A stretch of 64,000 nt of DNA, from assembly GCF_009914755.1 (NCBI RefSeq), contig NC_060947.1; one strand, given 5' to 3'. The notes beneath the pieces are model-generated. The model was not told the origin of the DNA and ran no database searches. It saw nothing but the letters and a program-made list of their open reading frames with translations. Below, piece by piece: positions 33,322 to 64,000 of the stretch. The translations under genes and the position numbers were made by a program. Every line of letters begins with the position of its first letter. The stretch's first letter is position 1. The DNA comes from the human T2T-CHM13v2.0 reference genome, Homo sapiens.

Positions 33322-34508
33322 TAAAACAGAATCAATTCCAGACATATTCTGATAGAATGTCAAACAAGAAAGAAATAAAGAAGTGTTTATGCTGAGATTT
33401 AAAAACAACACCAGCAGCAACGACAGAACCTATACCGTTTTGACTTCATTCCAACCACAAGAAATGACACAGCAATACTGAGTAGCCAACTACTGATAGG
33501 AACTAACCGGAACAAAATATAAGTGATAAACATTTCAGCAGATACATAAAATAATTCTCCAAATATCTCTTCTTAGGTAGGTCTCCTTCCCAACTGGACG
33601 TTACTCTTGGTAGCATATATCCACTGGGGAAATTTTAGAAAATATTTTAATTATTTATAAAGTCTCCCAGTTTAAACTGCAATGTGGCAAAAGACGTTCT
33701 TCCTAATTAGAGGGCCGTAGTCTACGTAGGAAAAATATCAAACAAATTAAACTCATAGAGGTTTCATCTCTCAGAGAGGAATATGCACGTGATTTGGACG
33801 TATTTAGAAAATCCTATTAAAGATATTTTGTTCCTGTTGTGTGGCTTGATAGAGCCGACGAGAGGGCTGAGCTAGCTATGCTCTGAGTTTTGCAAGACTT
33901 TTAACAATCATAACCTGTTTGACTTTCCGTGTTTCAGGCATGTTGAAGTGCCTGTTGACAATCAGCCCTCTTTACACTTTCCTAACCACTCTGAAGGCAG
34001 AAATCAACCATGACAAAAACGGTTTGATTTAGAGGATTAGACCATTCCACTCAAAATTCATTCACTTACTTAGAAAGTAGTTTCCTGGCCGGGCACAGTG
34101 GATCACGCCTGTCATCCCAGCACTTTGGGAGGCTGAGGCGGGCGGATCACCTTAGTTCGGGAGTTTGAGACCAGCCTGGCCAACATGGTGAAACCCCGTC
34201 TCTACTAAAAATACAAAAATTAGCCAGGCGTGGTGGCGGGCGCCTGTAGTCCCAGCTACTCAGGAGGCTGAGGCATGAGAATCGCTTGAACCCGGCGGGC
34301 GGAGGTTGCAGGGAGCCGAGATCCTACCATTGCACTCCAGCCTGGGCGACAAGAGCAAAACTCCATCTTAAAAAATAAAAAATAAAAATAAATTAAAAAA
34401 GAAAATAGTCTCCTGTGTATCCCTTGGGTTTGCAGCATGTGACAATTACCAAGTGAAATATAGTTAATGGAATAAACTATATTTAAAAGTATTTTAACAG
34501 TATTTTGA

Positions 34509-34541
<33 letters not shown>

Positions 34542-34760
34542 TCTACCATGATCTCAGGGAGAATTCTTGAGAAGGATTTTTTTTTTTCCATCAGTATTGA
34601 CTACTCAATATTACTATGTCATTTCTTGTGGCCGAAATGAAGTGAAAACGTATAAACGGTATAGGTTCTACCTTTTTTTAAAAAAAAAAATCTCAGCATG
34701 TTCTTTATTTTTTCTTGTTTGACATTCCCCCAGAATATGTCTAGAATTGATTCTCTTTTA
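33322..34760. repeat. Diverged inverted repeat, arms 33322-33502 and 34586-34760
   Basis: GAATCAATTCCAGACATATTCTG..GAATGTCAAACAAGAAA..AGAACCTATACCGTTT..CCACAAGAAATGACA is matched by its reverse complement 1.1 kb away. Confidence 0.9.
34087..34400 (+). mobile_element. AluS
   Basis: Full Alu; TSD AGAAA(G/A)TAGT(T/C)TCCT. Confidence 0.95.
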
Positions 34761-34899
34761 CATTTTCACTGAGAACCCAGAAGGCAGCCATTTTTCGGAA
34801 AATGTGTTTGACTCACAGCTGTTATCTCCTGCCATTTCTGTGATTATCGCTTCCATCCCATTCTCCTCTATAGGAATTCCAGCTTCTCCCAAGTTAGCT

Positions 34900-36105
<1,206 letters not shown>

Positions 36106-36807
36106 AAGCCCTCAGAAGGAATGAACCCTGCCAGCACCTTGATCTGGCACCCCTGGCTCCCAGCATTGTCAGAGGAGGAGGATTATAAAACAACCTTCTG
36201 GCCCCCAGCGTTGTGAGAAAATGCATTGCTATGGTTCACGTCACCCTGTTGATGTTACTGCGTTGTGGTAGCCCCGGTGAACTCATCCCACAAGTCATGA
36301 GTTCCCAGGTCACCTGCTTCCTCTTGTGGGGGTCGAGACGCTGTATCTCCCTGGGCAGAAGCCTTTTATGCTGAAAGGGAGGCCTTTGCATTGGCTGAGC
36401 TTGAGCGTGAGAGCTGGAGCTGCTGGGATCTTGAACACTCCTGGGATCTTGAACCTCCGTGGATGGAGGGAGTGTAGCTGAAAGGATCCAGCCGTCTTCC
36501 ATCGTTAGCAAGTTAAGTCACCGAGGATCTTCCCCAGTTGCCTGCCCCAGTTGAGTTTGTCAGAATCTATTCACAGCATCACACGGGCGTGTAAACCACT
36601 GGAAGTCCCTTGCCGCCTGTTATTGCTCTTGTTCTAAGGAGGGGCAGGTGAGGAGGAGGGACCATCCGCAGGTGAGAAATGGGCAGAATATTTGTGGCAG
36701 GCATGGTGATTTTTGTCGCCAGCAGACTCTGCCTGGTGGCGGTGCGGGGGACTTGTGAAACATTTGCAATTGTCTTCCAACTGTTTAGAGATTTCTCGAG
36801 GAAATTA

Positions 36808-37849
<1,042 letters not shown>

Positions 37850-37850
<1 letters not shown>

Positions 37851-38296
37851 ATAGATGAGAATTAGTCTGTTCTACGAAATAGACGAGAATTAGTCTAGTC
37901 TACGAAATAGACTAGAAATAGTCTAGTCTACGAAATAGACTAGAAATAGCCTAGTCTGTTCTACGAAATAGACTAGAAATAGTCTAGTCTACGAAATAGA
38001 CTAGAAATAGCCTAGTCTGTTCTACGAAATAGACTAGAAATAGCCTAGTCTGTTCTACGAAATAGACTAGAAATAGTCTGTTCTCCGAAATAGACTAGAA
38101 ATAGCCTAGTCTGTTCTACGAAATAGACTAGAAATAGCCTAGTCTGTTCTACGAAATAGAGTAGAAATAGTCTAGTCTGTTCTACGAAATAGACTAGAAA
38201 TAGCCTAGTCTGTTCTACGAAATAGACTAGAAATAGTCTGTTCTACGAAATAGACTAGAAATAGTCTGTTCTATGAAATAGAAGAGAAATAGTCTG

Positions 38297-38297
<1 letters not shown>
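37850..38297. repeat. Palindromic minisatellite, about 14 units of 28 or 33 bp
   Basis: CTACGAAATAGACTAGAAATAG(CCTAGTCTGTT / TCTAGT / TCTGTT) repeated. Confidence 0.97.
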
Positions 38298-41241
<2,944 letters not shown>

Positions 41242-41340
41242 CTAGTGGAGGTCACGGGGAGAGATGTTGGTCAGATAATTCAGTTTTGGTTAGACAGGAG
41301 GAATAAGGTCTGCACAACTATTGCACAGCACGGTGACATA

Positions 41341-42775
<1,435 letters not shown>

Positions 42776-42789
42776 TGGTATGCTTTTGT

Positions 42790-44571
<1,782 letters not shown>

Positions 44572-45184
44572 TAAACGTAGGATTTTAAATGCGTGCACCA
44601 CCCACACACACACACACAAAAGAAAAGTAGGTGAGGTGAGGGATATGTTAATTGGCTTCATGCAATTATCCCATGATGTGTACATATATCAAAATTTCAC
44701 ACTGTACCCTACAAATACATGCAATCATTGTTTGTCCCTTAAAAATTAAATTTTCCAAAGGAAGGAGACCAACAGTGGCTTCTGAAGTCGAGGACAGAGC
44801 GAGGCTTTGCCCCCTCGGTAAAACATGAATAACGGGAAATGGAATTTTAAATGTCACCGCAGGAGGAATTTACTCATTCAGGGCCGGGGGCTTCCTCGGA
44901 CGTCATAAAATCATCTTCAGCTGATGGGAATATAATGACAGCCAGCATTATCAGCAGAGAACGGCAGCTTTGAGTGTCTTTATATATTCATTGTTGTCAG
45001 TATCAGGGTTCAGAACCCGGCAGGTGGAGGTTGTGGTGAGCCGAGATCACGCCACTGCACTCCAGCCTGGGCAACAAGAGCAAAACTCCATCTCAAACAA
45101 ACAAACAAACAAAAAATACAAACAGCCCAGCTAAGGTGACCTATGAAATGCAGACATTGATAATCAAGACATATGCATTTTTAT

Positions 45185-46282
<1,098 letters not shown>

Positions 46283-47168
46283 TGAAATATGCATCCATTC
46301 CCTTGGCCTCCTGGATGAGAAGTCACAGGTAGAAAAAGGATGGGAGATGCAAATCACGCACAAAACTGTCAGCAACAACAACAACAAAAATGTGCTGTCA
46401 CGTCCCCAGAGCGGCCTCAACACAAATCCGAGCATCTGGGGTTTCTGGAATCTGGACTCTGATACATTGTTGCGTTTCCCCTGCTAGCAAATGACAATGG
46501 TATCCTGCAGGGTGGAAAGAGTGAGAGAGGCGGGCAGTCCCCGGCTGTTTAAAATAAGAATGTCGGTGCGCCAGGAGGACGGGATACATTCTTTTCCTGA
46601 GAGCAGTAAGGGTTCAAGTGTAAGAAGCCAGTAATTATCCTGGGGGAAGCGAGAATCGTCAGGGGAGTAGGGGCAAAGAGCCGAGATGGTATCGATGGTG
46701 ATGAAAACGCCGGCGTATTCGTGAACACCCTGCCTTACCCACGGGGCCCTCTTGCATTCGGCTGAGGGGATAATTACAAATAATGAGAAGCCTCTGATCT
46801 CAATGCATTTACGGCTTTGGCGTTTGCGAAAGGAAGAGAGGAGTGTGAAAAATAACCTATTTTACTATGAATGAGACAAAGTAAGATTTCAGGACAAAAG
46901 ACACCAGCCAAGAAAGGGGGAATGTTAATCCTTGTCCCAGACCCTTTTATAAAAGTTATCCTTGATCCAATAATTAATGTATTTGATTTGGCTCAAAGAG
47001 ACAAGGGTTAAAATTAGAAAAAAAAAAAAAAAAAAAAAAAAAAGAAAGGCTTGCTAAGATGTGAGAAGAAAATGAGAGAAGGAATTTATAGTCATCAAAG
47101 TGGGATACATTTGTCCATGGCGTATATGAAGTCAAAATGGAAATTCAGATCAGAAACTCACATCTTCT

Positions 47169-47799
<631 letters not shown>

Positions 47800-47823
47800 T
47801 TAACCTTTTCAGACTATTTCTAA

Positions 47824-48454
<631 letters not shown>

Positions 48455-49039
48455 TAAATTTCTTACGGAAAAAAAAAAAATCACAATGTATTCTCACAGG
48501 AGAACTACCTTTCACCTTTGCCAACTTCCAATTTCGCAGTGCAATAAACAAAGGCAACTTTCTGGGGAGAAAGTGACAAAGCATTAATTATATCTTGCAG
48601 AAATCCACGGCACTTGTACAGGAAAACTGCCTTGTCTATCATTGGAGGGCAGAACCGTGATGGAAAGAATTGATTTCCGTGGCTGAGCTTCTAGTCAATG
48701 CTGGGCGTTTAAAACACGGTGTGGAGTGAGCAGTTATGAACAGGCCTGATAAATCGTGTTAGAAGGGTAGGTTTCCAGGTTCACGGTGAAAAGCAGGCTG
48801 CACGGCACTTGTCACAAAATGCAAAACTGTAATATAAACATCTCCAAGACATTTAGAAACAGCAATTGACATACTCGCTGACGAGGAGGGAGAACAGGCA
48901 TAAAGGTATTCTCAGCCTTCTGGGTGTATGAGAAGTTCTGACCTCTCTCTGATGGCTAAATTTTCATTACTGGGTAAGAGAAGAGCGGTCACTGGAGATT
49001 CAGTCCTGCCACCGACTAACTGAGGACCATGTTGTTTTC

Positions 49040-49342
<303 letters not shown>

Positions 49343-49677
49343 TTTCTTAATGAGCCGTGAAAAATCAATGGTTCTAAGAATAAGACCAGGATATATTATT
49401 TATGTAAATAGGGATTTATGATTTTCCTGTTTATTAAAACTTTTTTTCAAAGGCATGTTTCTACTTAAAAGAAGGCCTGAGAAAGACTTACACAGGTCAA
49501 GGGTCTATGCTGGCTCCTGTTGTCTGTATTTTTGTATCTGCTGGGACAGGTCTTCTGCCAGGCGGTCTTCTGCCTTTTCTGTCTTTATTATTTTCTCCAT
49601 CACAATTGACCTGTTCTCACTCTTTCCACCTGCTCACCTACCCTTGTCCTCATTGTCTCATGCTAGAACCCTGCTGA

Positions 49678-50053
<376 letters not shown>

Positions 50054-50606
50054 TGAGTATCCTACTGGACCAGTTGGGTTTGGAGCTACCCTCTAAAATT
50101 TCTACTTCTGTAAATGAAGTAGTTTTGACACTCACCCCTTGACAAATTGTCAAATGCCACCAGCATCCCCTCCTTTTTTTTTTTTTAGTCGAATTCCAAT
50201 GTCAAAGACATTACTAGGAACAATAGCATCGGGGAAAGGATAAATTCTTCCGTGCTTCGTGTCTGGTCTCAAAAGCCCGCAGGGCCATTGTGTTTAACCG
50301 TGGGGATTCTGAAGATCGCGCCGGCATACCTGTGTGAACTTTTTCTCTTTGTGTGAGCTGGTATAGACTGAAGCATTGTCTGGGTAGAGAAAGGTCATTA
50401 ATTGTATCAGAGAGCATTGAAAACAAACAAACAAAATAAATAAAGAACAGAAAAGCCCGCTGCTAGTCTATGTATTTATGTGCTCCAGCTCCTATCAGGT
50501 CCGGTTTTAATTTTTTAATATAGACCACCAATTTCTTTAAAAGCTGTATGGAAAACTAGTATTTTTTCATAAAGTTTTTTATTTAAAAAACTGGATGAAA
50601 GACTAC

Positions 50607-50914
<308 letters not shown>

Positions 50915-51313
50915 TAATATTTTTAAAGATCCTTAATTAAGCCACAGAATTGCAAGAAAGCACCAAGGAATATTCATTAATTTGGTCAGTAGGCTATTCA
51001 ACAATTGCAGATTTATTTCCCGCTCATTGACTGATAATACAATAGGTAAAGGGGATAAAGAATCAATAACCTCTGGGCTGAAGAAGGTCACAGTTCTAAA
51101 GAGATTCTGTACTTCATTCTCTAATTTCAAATAAATGTGGTTTAAATAACCACAGATGGTTGGTTCATACAGGTGTTCAAATTTCAAGGGTTTTTTGTAA
51201 ACTGCTGAAATTATTATGGTTTTATGTCCTAGTGTTGGCAGTGACTAAAAATAAGAACTAAATATGTTTAAGAGATGTGAGTTTAAAAATAGAATGCTGT
51301 AATAATTTAAAAT

Positions 51314-51617
51314 GGGCTGGGCACGGTGGCTCACTCCTGTAATACCAGCACTTTGGGGGAGGCTGAGGCGGGAGGATGACCTGAGGTCAGGAGTTTGAGA
51401 CCAGCCTGGCCAACATGGTGAAACCCTGTCTCTACTAAAAATACAAAAATGAGCTGGGCGTGGTGGCGTGCACCTGTAGTCCCAGCCACTTCGGAGGCTC
51501 AGGCAGGAGAATCGCTTGAATCCAGGAGATGGAGGTTATAGCAAGCAGAGATTGCAGCACTGCACTCCAGCCTGGGTGACACAGTGAGACTCCATCTCAA
51601 AAGAGAAAACAAAAAAC
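51314..51617 (+). mobile_element. AluS
   Basis: Full Alu; TSD TTAAAATGG. Confidence 0.93.
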
Positions 51618-51849
51618 TTAAAAATGGCTAGTGACATTCATGGCTTCTTTTCCGGTAATTACTTATTTAGCGATTTGTGACATAGGGATAAAGCAACATC
51701 CTGAGAATCACTCTTATCTGGCTTTCTGTTACTTACAGGGTTCAAATGGCTGATGATATCTTTATATTTGAAGAAATCACAGAACAAGCTCAGAATTAGG
51801 ATTCTATTTCTGCTTCTACTGAAAAATATATTTATTTATGAGATCAGCT

Positions 51850-53760
<1,911 letters not shown>

Positions 53761-54020
53761 TGCTCTCAAGTCTTAATTTTAGATGTTGGCCTCTTCAGCA
53801 CTCCCAGCTATAGAGCATACAATGGGCAGAAGCCCGTCTAGCTTAGTAAAGATGCTCATTTTCTGGAAGGATGTTTATGTGGGGAGATGAGGCAAGCCCT
53901 GCCATATTTGGGGTTTCTCCTTATTATTTAGCTGTTGATTGTGACATGCCCCATCTGACAATGTACTGAAAGAAGCTTCACCATTACTGGTTACAATCCC
54001 TACTGTAACAAAACCTGAAC

Positions 54021-54503
<483 letters not shown>

Positions 54504-54539
54504 TGTGCAGGCAACTGGACAACCATGTAAACATGTCTA

Positions 54540-55373
<834 letters not shown>

Positions 55374-55826
55374 TCATGTTCCCTGACTCAGGGCTCGGAG
55401 AATTATCTTGAGCGGTGTGTGTGTCTGCCCATGAGCACAGTTGAGGTTGGGGGGCGTCCCATCGTGCCTGTGTATCCTCAGAAATTTTCCTGAAAGTGTT
55501 TGTGACAGGTGAATCACAGCCACTCTCAACAAGGGAAAGATGTGAGATTCCCTTGATTTTTCAAACCAACATAAACTAGTGTCCAGCCAACATCGGTGAT
55601 CTCTGCGTATTCACGCCAGACCATCATCCGTCGGAACACAGACAGCAAGTGCTCCGGGCGTGGAGTGTTGAGTGATGATTTTCTTTTTCCCACCACTCTG
55701 TGACTTTCACATCGTATAATTGGAATCTTCGGGTTGTTTTACAACAAGGATTTAGAGAAAAGAAAATCCAGACGCCTGTCTTAATGACTTTCACAAAGCT
55801 GGAGATTGCTTTTAACAACAAAAACC

Positions 55827-56585
<759 letters not shown>

Positions 56586-57018
56586 TCACCTTTCATGAGG
56601 TGAAGGCAAACACCCATTCCCTTTGTCTCCAGATTTCAGTCCCCAAGGTCATAGCTTGAAGTCCCTGGAAGGAATTATTTCTCTGTTGAGCCCTTTCCTG
56701 AGAAACTTGAGTAAAGCCAGGAATGTCCGTTGCAGCTTTTCACATGTCTGCAGTGAACTGTGTGGAAGGGAAGACATTTTCCACATCGATTCTTTTTGGT
56801 GAAAATAAAGTTGCTGTCGAAGACGGGTGGAAAATAAGAATATCTTTTAAAGAGAGAAAAGACTTTTGGTGATGCCAGCCTAAACCTATTTCTTCTAATT
56901 CCCTTCTGCAAAAAAAAGAGCAGATGGGCCGAAAAACCTAGTGGGGGAACAAAAGTGCACGGGTATTTTATAGATAAATCAGCAAACCAACAGGAATGCA
57001 TATACGGAAAAGATGTAA

Positions 57019-58420
<1,402 letters not shown>

Positions 58421-58456
58421 TATCATTCCTGCATTTTATAGAAGAGGGAACTAGGG

Positions 58457-58875
<419 letters not shown>

Positions 58876-58964
58876 TCAAACACAAAGAGTCTCACCTTAG
58901 ACCCGGGTGCCTCCTACCATCCATAAGCTCAAACAATAGACAAAGACCCTTCTCCCAATTCTCA

Positions 58965-59190
58965 GCCTACATCTGCTGAGGGCCACGTAGTGTCTGCTAA
59001 GGGCTTGCTCTCTCTCTGCTTCAAAGATGGTGCCTTCTTTGTGTTCTCCCATGGCAGAGGGGCAGAAGGAGCAAGCAGAATTTCTCAAGCTCATGTATGA
59101 GGGCAGTCATCCTACCTCCTGATGACCCACACCTCCTAACACCATTATCTTGGGGGTTAAGTTCCAACACGTGAATTTGGCAGACGCACC
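58965..59190 (-). mobile_element. MST/MLT1 fragment
   Basis: CTGCTTCAAAGATGGTGCC..CACCTCCTAACACCATTATCTTGGGGGTTAAGTTCCAACACGTGAATTTGG. Confidence 0.7.
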
Positions 59191-59842
59191 ATCATTGAGA
59201 TTATAGCCACGTCCTTGTATCTGATTCAAAGTCTGGAGTACATGCATTTGAGTAATGTGAGCTACGTCATAGGTCAGTACCTTAGAAGACTGAAGACTGC
59301 CATTTTTCTTTCTTGGGAGGAGCCAGGAGGTTCTTCCCCATGCAGGACTCTTCCAGTGGGATTTCTCCAAACTCAGGCCTGCTGTCTAATGCTAGACCAC
59401 TAGGACCAGAATAAAGGAGGATTGCTCACACCATCACTAACTGGACAGAGGGGAGGGAGCAACCAGGGATGCCTGTTGGGTTTGAAATTTTTTACGTCTC
59501 TACTGCAAAGCAGGGAAAGATGAATTGCACCAGCACCAACAATGAAAGGAGATTCTGGAGGAGAGGATCTCATTTTGTGAGGTGCTCCTGCTGCATCCCG
59601 ATATTTCCACTACTCTGTGTTTACCTCACTTCTCAAGGCATTCACAAGGCAGAAGCCACTTGTTGTTGCTATGGATACATTGATCAAAAAGACAGAGCAA
59701 ACCCACAACAGGCAAAGTAAAATTTCCATGGTCTGAAACTCATGATGCTGGCGAGAGGCAGAGAATGCATCGTTTCCACTTCAGATCTGCTTTTCTGATA
59801 GTTTCTATGAAAATGATGGTTTTGGTTGCATGGTTTCAGGAA

Positions 59843-60595
59843 TGCTATGGTTTGGATGTTTGTACCCCTCCAAACGTCGTGCTGAAATTTCATCCCCAGT
59901 GCTGAAGGTGGGGACTAATGGGAGGTGTTTGGGTCATGGGAGTGGATTCCTCACGCACAGATTAGTGCCCATCCTTGAGAGTAAGTGAGTTATCTCTCTT
60001 ATGAGTTATTATGAAAGCTGGCTGTTAAAAAGAGCCTGGCACCTCCCCACACACACTCTCTCTCTCTTGCTTCCTGTCTCTACATGTGGTCTCTGCACAT
60101 GCAGCTCCCCTTCCTCTCTGTGTCCCCACCCAAATCTATGGTTTGGCTCTATGTCCCCACCCAAATCTCATCTTCTAGCTCCCATAATTCCCATGTGTTG
60201 TGGGAGGGACCCAGTGGGAGATGATTGAATTATGGGGGCAGGTCTTTCTCATGTGGTTCTCATGATAATGGATGGGTCTCATGAGATCTGCTGCCATCCA
60301 CGTAAAATGTGATTTGCTCCTCCTTGCCTTCCACCATGATAGTGAGACTTCCCCAGACATGTGGACCTGTACATCCAAAAAACCTCAGTCTCAGGTATGT
60401 CTTTATCAGCAGTGTGAAAACAGATTAATACACTCTCTCACTCTGAGTGGAAGCAGCCCGAGGCCCTTACCAGATGCAAATGTCCAATCCTGAACTTTCC
60501 AGCCACCAGAATCATGAGCCAAATAAACCTCTTTTCTTTACAAATTATCCAGCCTCAGAGATTCCTTCATAGAAACACAAAACAGACTCAGACAG
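59843..60595 (+). mobile_element. MSTB-type LTR with nested THE1 LTR (~60137-60432)
   Basis: TGCTATGGTTTGGATGTTTG..; inner TATGGTTTGGCTCTATGTCCCCACCCAAATCTCATC..CAGATTAATACA; outer end GAGCCAAATAAACCTCTTTTCTTTA. Confidence 0.85.
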
Positions 60596-61182
60596 AGAGT
60601 TTGTTTGGAGCAAGTGAATTAGGTCAGAGTGACATGGGGCTCCTAGGAGTTGGGGATTTACCACACACACCTGAGTGGAGGTAATGGTTGGAGATTAGCC
60701 TGAAAACCCAGAAGGTCTGTCCTGTTGGGATAAAACCTCCCCTCCTGGAGCTCAGTCTTGATGTAAATGACACATGATGTGTCCCAGACACAAGATGCAA
60801 ATAAAAATGGCCTGGGGGTTAAAATTAGTCTGTGCTTTGGGGTGAGATCCATGCAGGTTGGAGTCAGTGCTTAGCTGGTATATGACTCCTGCCTGACTTT
60901 GCAGATGAGGCTGATCTCCAATCTCTGACTTTCCCTCTGTGAGGATTAAATCCGATACGCACAGTTCAGGAAGCATTAGCTGCTCTAGTGATAAAAGGGA
61001 ATGAAAATATGGAAATTGCTATCATTTCTATTGCAGCTCAGGTTTCTTCTGCAAAGCCAGAGGTGATATGTCTACATTGGAGGACAGGGGAGCCAGGAAT
61101 GGTGGGATTCTAACACTAACACAATTGAACACTCTCAGGCAAGCGCATCAAACATGTTTATTGCTGCCTCTGCAGGTAGTTA

Positions 61183-61602
<420 letters not shown>

Positions 61603-61679
61603 TCATATCTTCCCCAACAGCAGGCTGAAAGCTGTCACTTTGATGTCAAGGGGATAACTCCTATTATCACATTGTCCAA

Positions 61680-62670
<991 letters not shown>

Positions 62671-63097
62671 CAGCATTGTTTTGTGGATGCACTCTGGCTA
62701 CAATTCCAAGAAGGCAGCATGAGAAATTTCACAGCCACCCTCCAGCAGGGAGTTGACAGGCACAGTCCAGCCCGGGGCATCCTACTGGCAGGGGAGCTGT
62801 TGTTGTGTTGACTTCTGTCAGATCAACATAAGTGACACAGCTTCCTCCGCACACACCGAGGGGGACATGCTTAAGAATGTCATTAGGAGGCCCGGGAGAT
62901 CACAGCACTAGCTTAGCTAAATGGGGTTTCGGCAATGAGAGTCTGGTGCCAACAATATGGATATTATTTAAGATTTTTAATAAAGCAGGGGAAACAAAGA
63001 GAACTGAGAAGGAGGAATAAAGTGCTGAAAAACATTTATCTGCTCTTAAGCAATTTCATTTAAAGGAGAAAGAAACGGAGGCTCAAACCAAAGATGA

Positions 63098-63403
<306 letters not shown>

Positions 63404-63796
63404 CTAACAATGATGTTTAAATAGGCAGAAAAGTAAGGCTGGTTTTGGCAAAGCAGAAAGCATTAAAAGGCCCTGGGCTCGGTGTGTAGAGCTTTGACTA
63501 CAAAGGGAAAAAGTCACAGGGAAACTGGTTTATTTACAGTATGAATACAAAATGCTAAACTGGTGGACTGATTAAACTTATCAGCAAAAGACTAAAGAAA
63601 GACATTTTCTGGAAGCATTTGCAAGGGTTGGGTAAGCCACATGGTCACTGGGCAGTGTTCAAAGCAACTGCTCCTTGGAGACCTCTGACCTGAGTATATC
63701 TTGAGGGTTTTTCCAGGATGGGGTTCAGGGAAGTGTATTAAGGATCCAAACATCATTTTGGTTTACAAAAAATCATTATGAAGAGTTCAAAATATA

Positions 63797-63831
<35 letters not shown>

Positions 63832-63864
63832 AGTCAAAGAGTAAAAACAAACCCTCATGGAAAA

Positions 63865-64000
63865 AAAGAAAAAAATTGTCTCTATTTGACGATGATATAA
63901 TTGTCTTGATAGAAAATATCAAATAATCTGGAAAAAACTTTCTAGAACTAATAAATGAGCTCAATAAGTTCACAGGATGCAAGATAAATGTATAAAAATC
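63865..64000 (+). mobile_element. Old L1 ORF2 reverse-transcriptase fragment
   Basis: AAATTGTCTCTATTTGACGATGATATAATTGTC (KLSLFxDDxIV) and CTAGAACTAATAAATGAG (LELINE). Confidence 0.85.

Noticed and set aside
31747-33352. 449-516-aa ORFs (S/L/P-rich or E/R-rich); similar ORFs at 2486-3569, 15517-16359, 16894-17476 and 25907-26935
   Set aside because: Translations of simple repeats that cannot encode stop codons.

Overview
Primate (very probably human) non-coding genomic DNA. I find no credible protein-coding gene, tRNA, rRNA or CRISPR array. Every long ORF in the supplied track is explained by Alu sequence, simple repeats or an in-frame VNTR. The window is very repeat-dense: several dozen Alu elements or fragments, L1 3' ends and ORF2 fragments, and MaLR LTRs (THE1, MST, MLT1). 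It also holds MER4-group LTRs, a solo HERV-K(HML-2) LTR5, a piggyBac MER75, a split MADE1, Tigger4/MER46 pieces, large GA/CT, CA, ATG and AT simple-repeat tracts, and several VNTRs. The tandemly amplified MLT1 units and the minisatellite density suggest the X/Y pseudoautosomal region PAR1; this is an inference and has not been mapped. I cannot support a new gene system. The two most interesting signals are (1) an 8-copy 84-bp VNTR carrying an ARE/AP-1-like motif in every unit and a perfect 3-unit heat-shock element in 7 units, and (2) a repeated signature of short-range templated copy-and-paste events (direct and inverted, some with duplicated targets) plus conversion of old transposons into tandem arrays. 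Repeat subfamily names come from recalled consensus sequences, and most element boundaries are approximate (about 5-20 bp).
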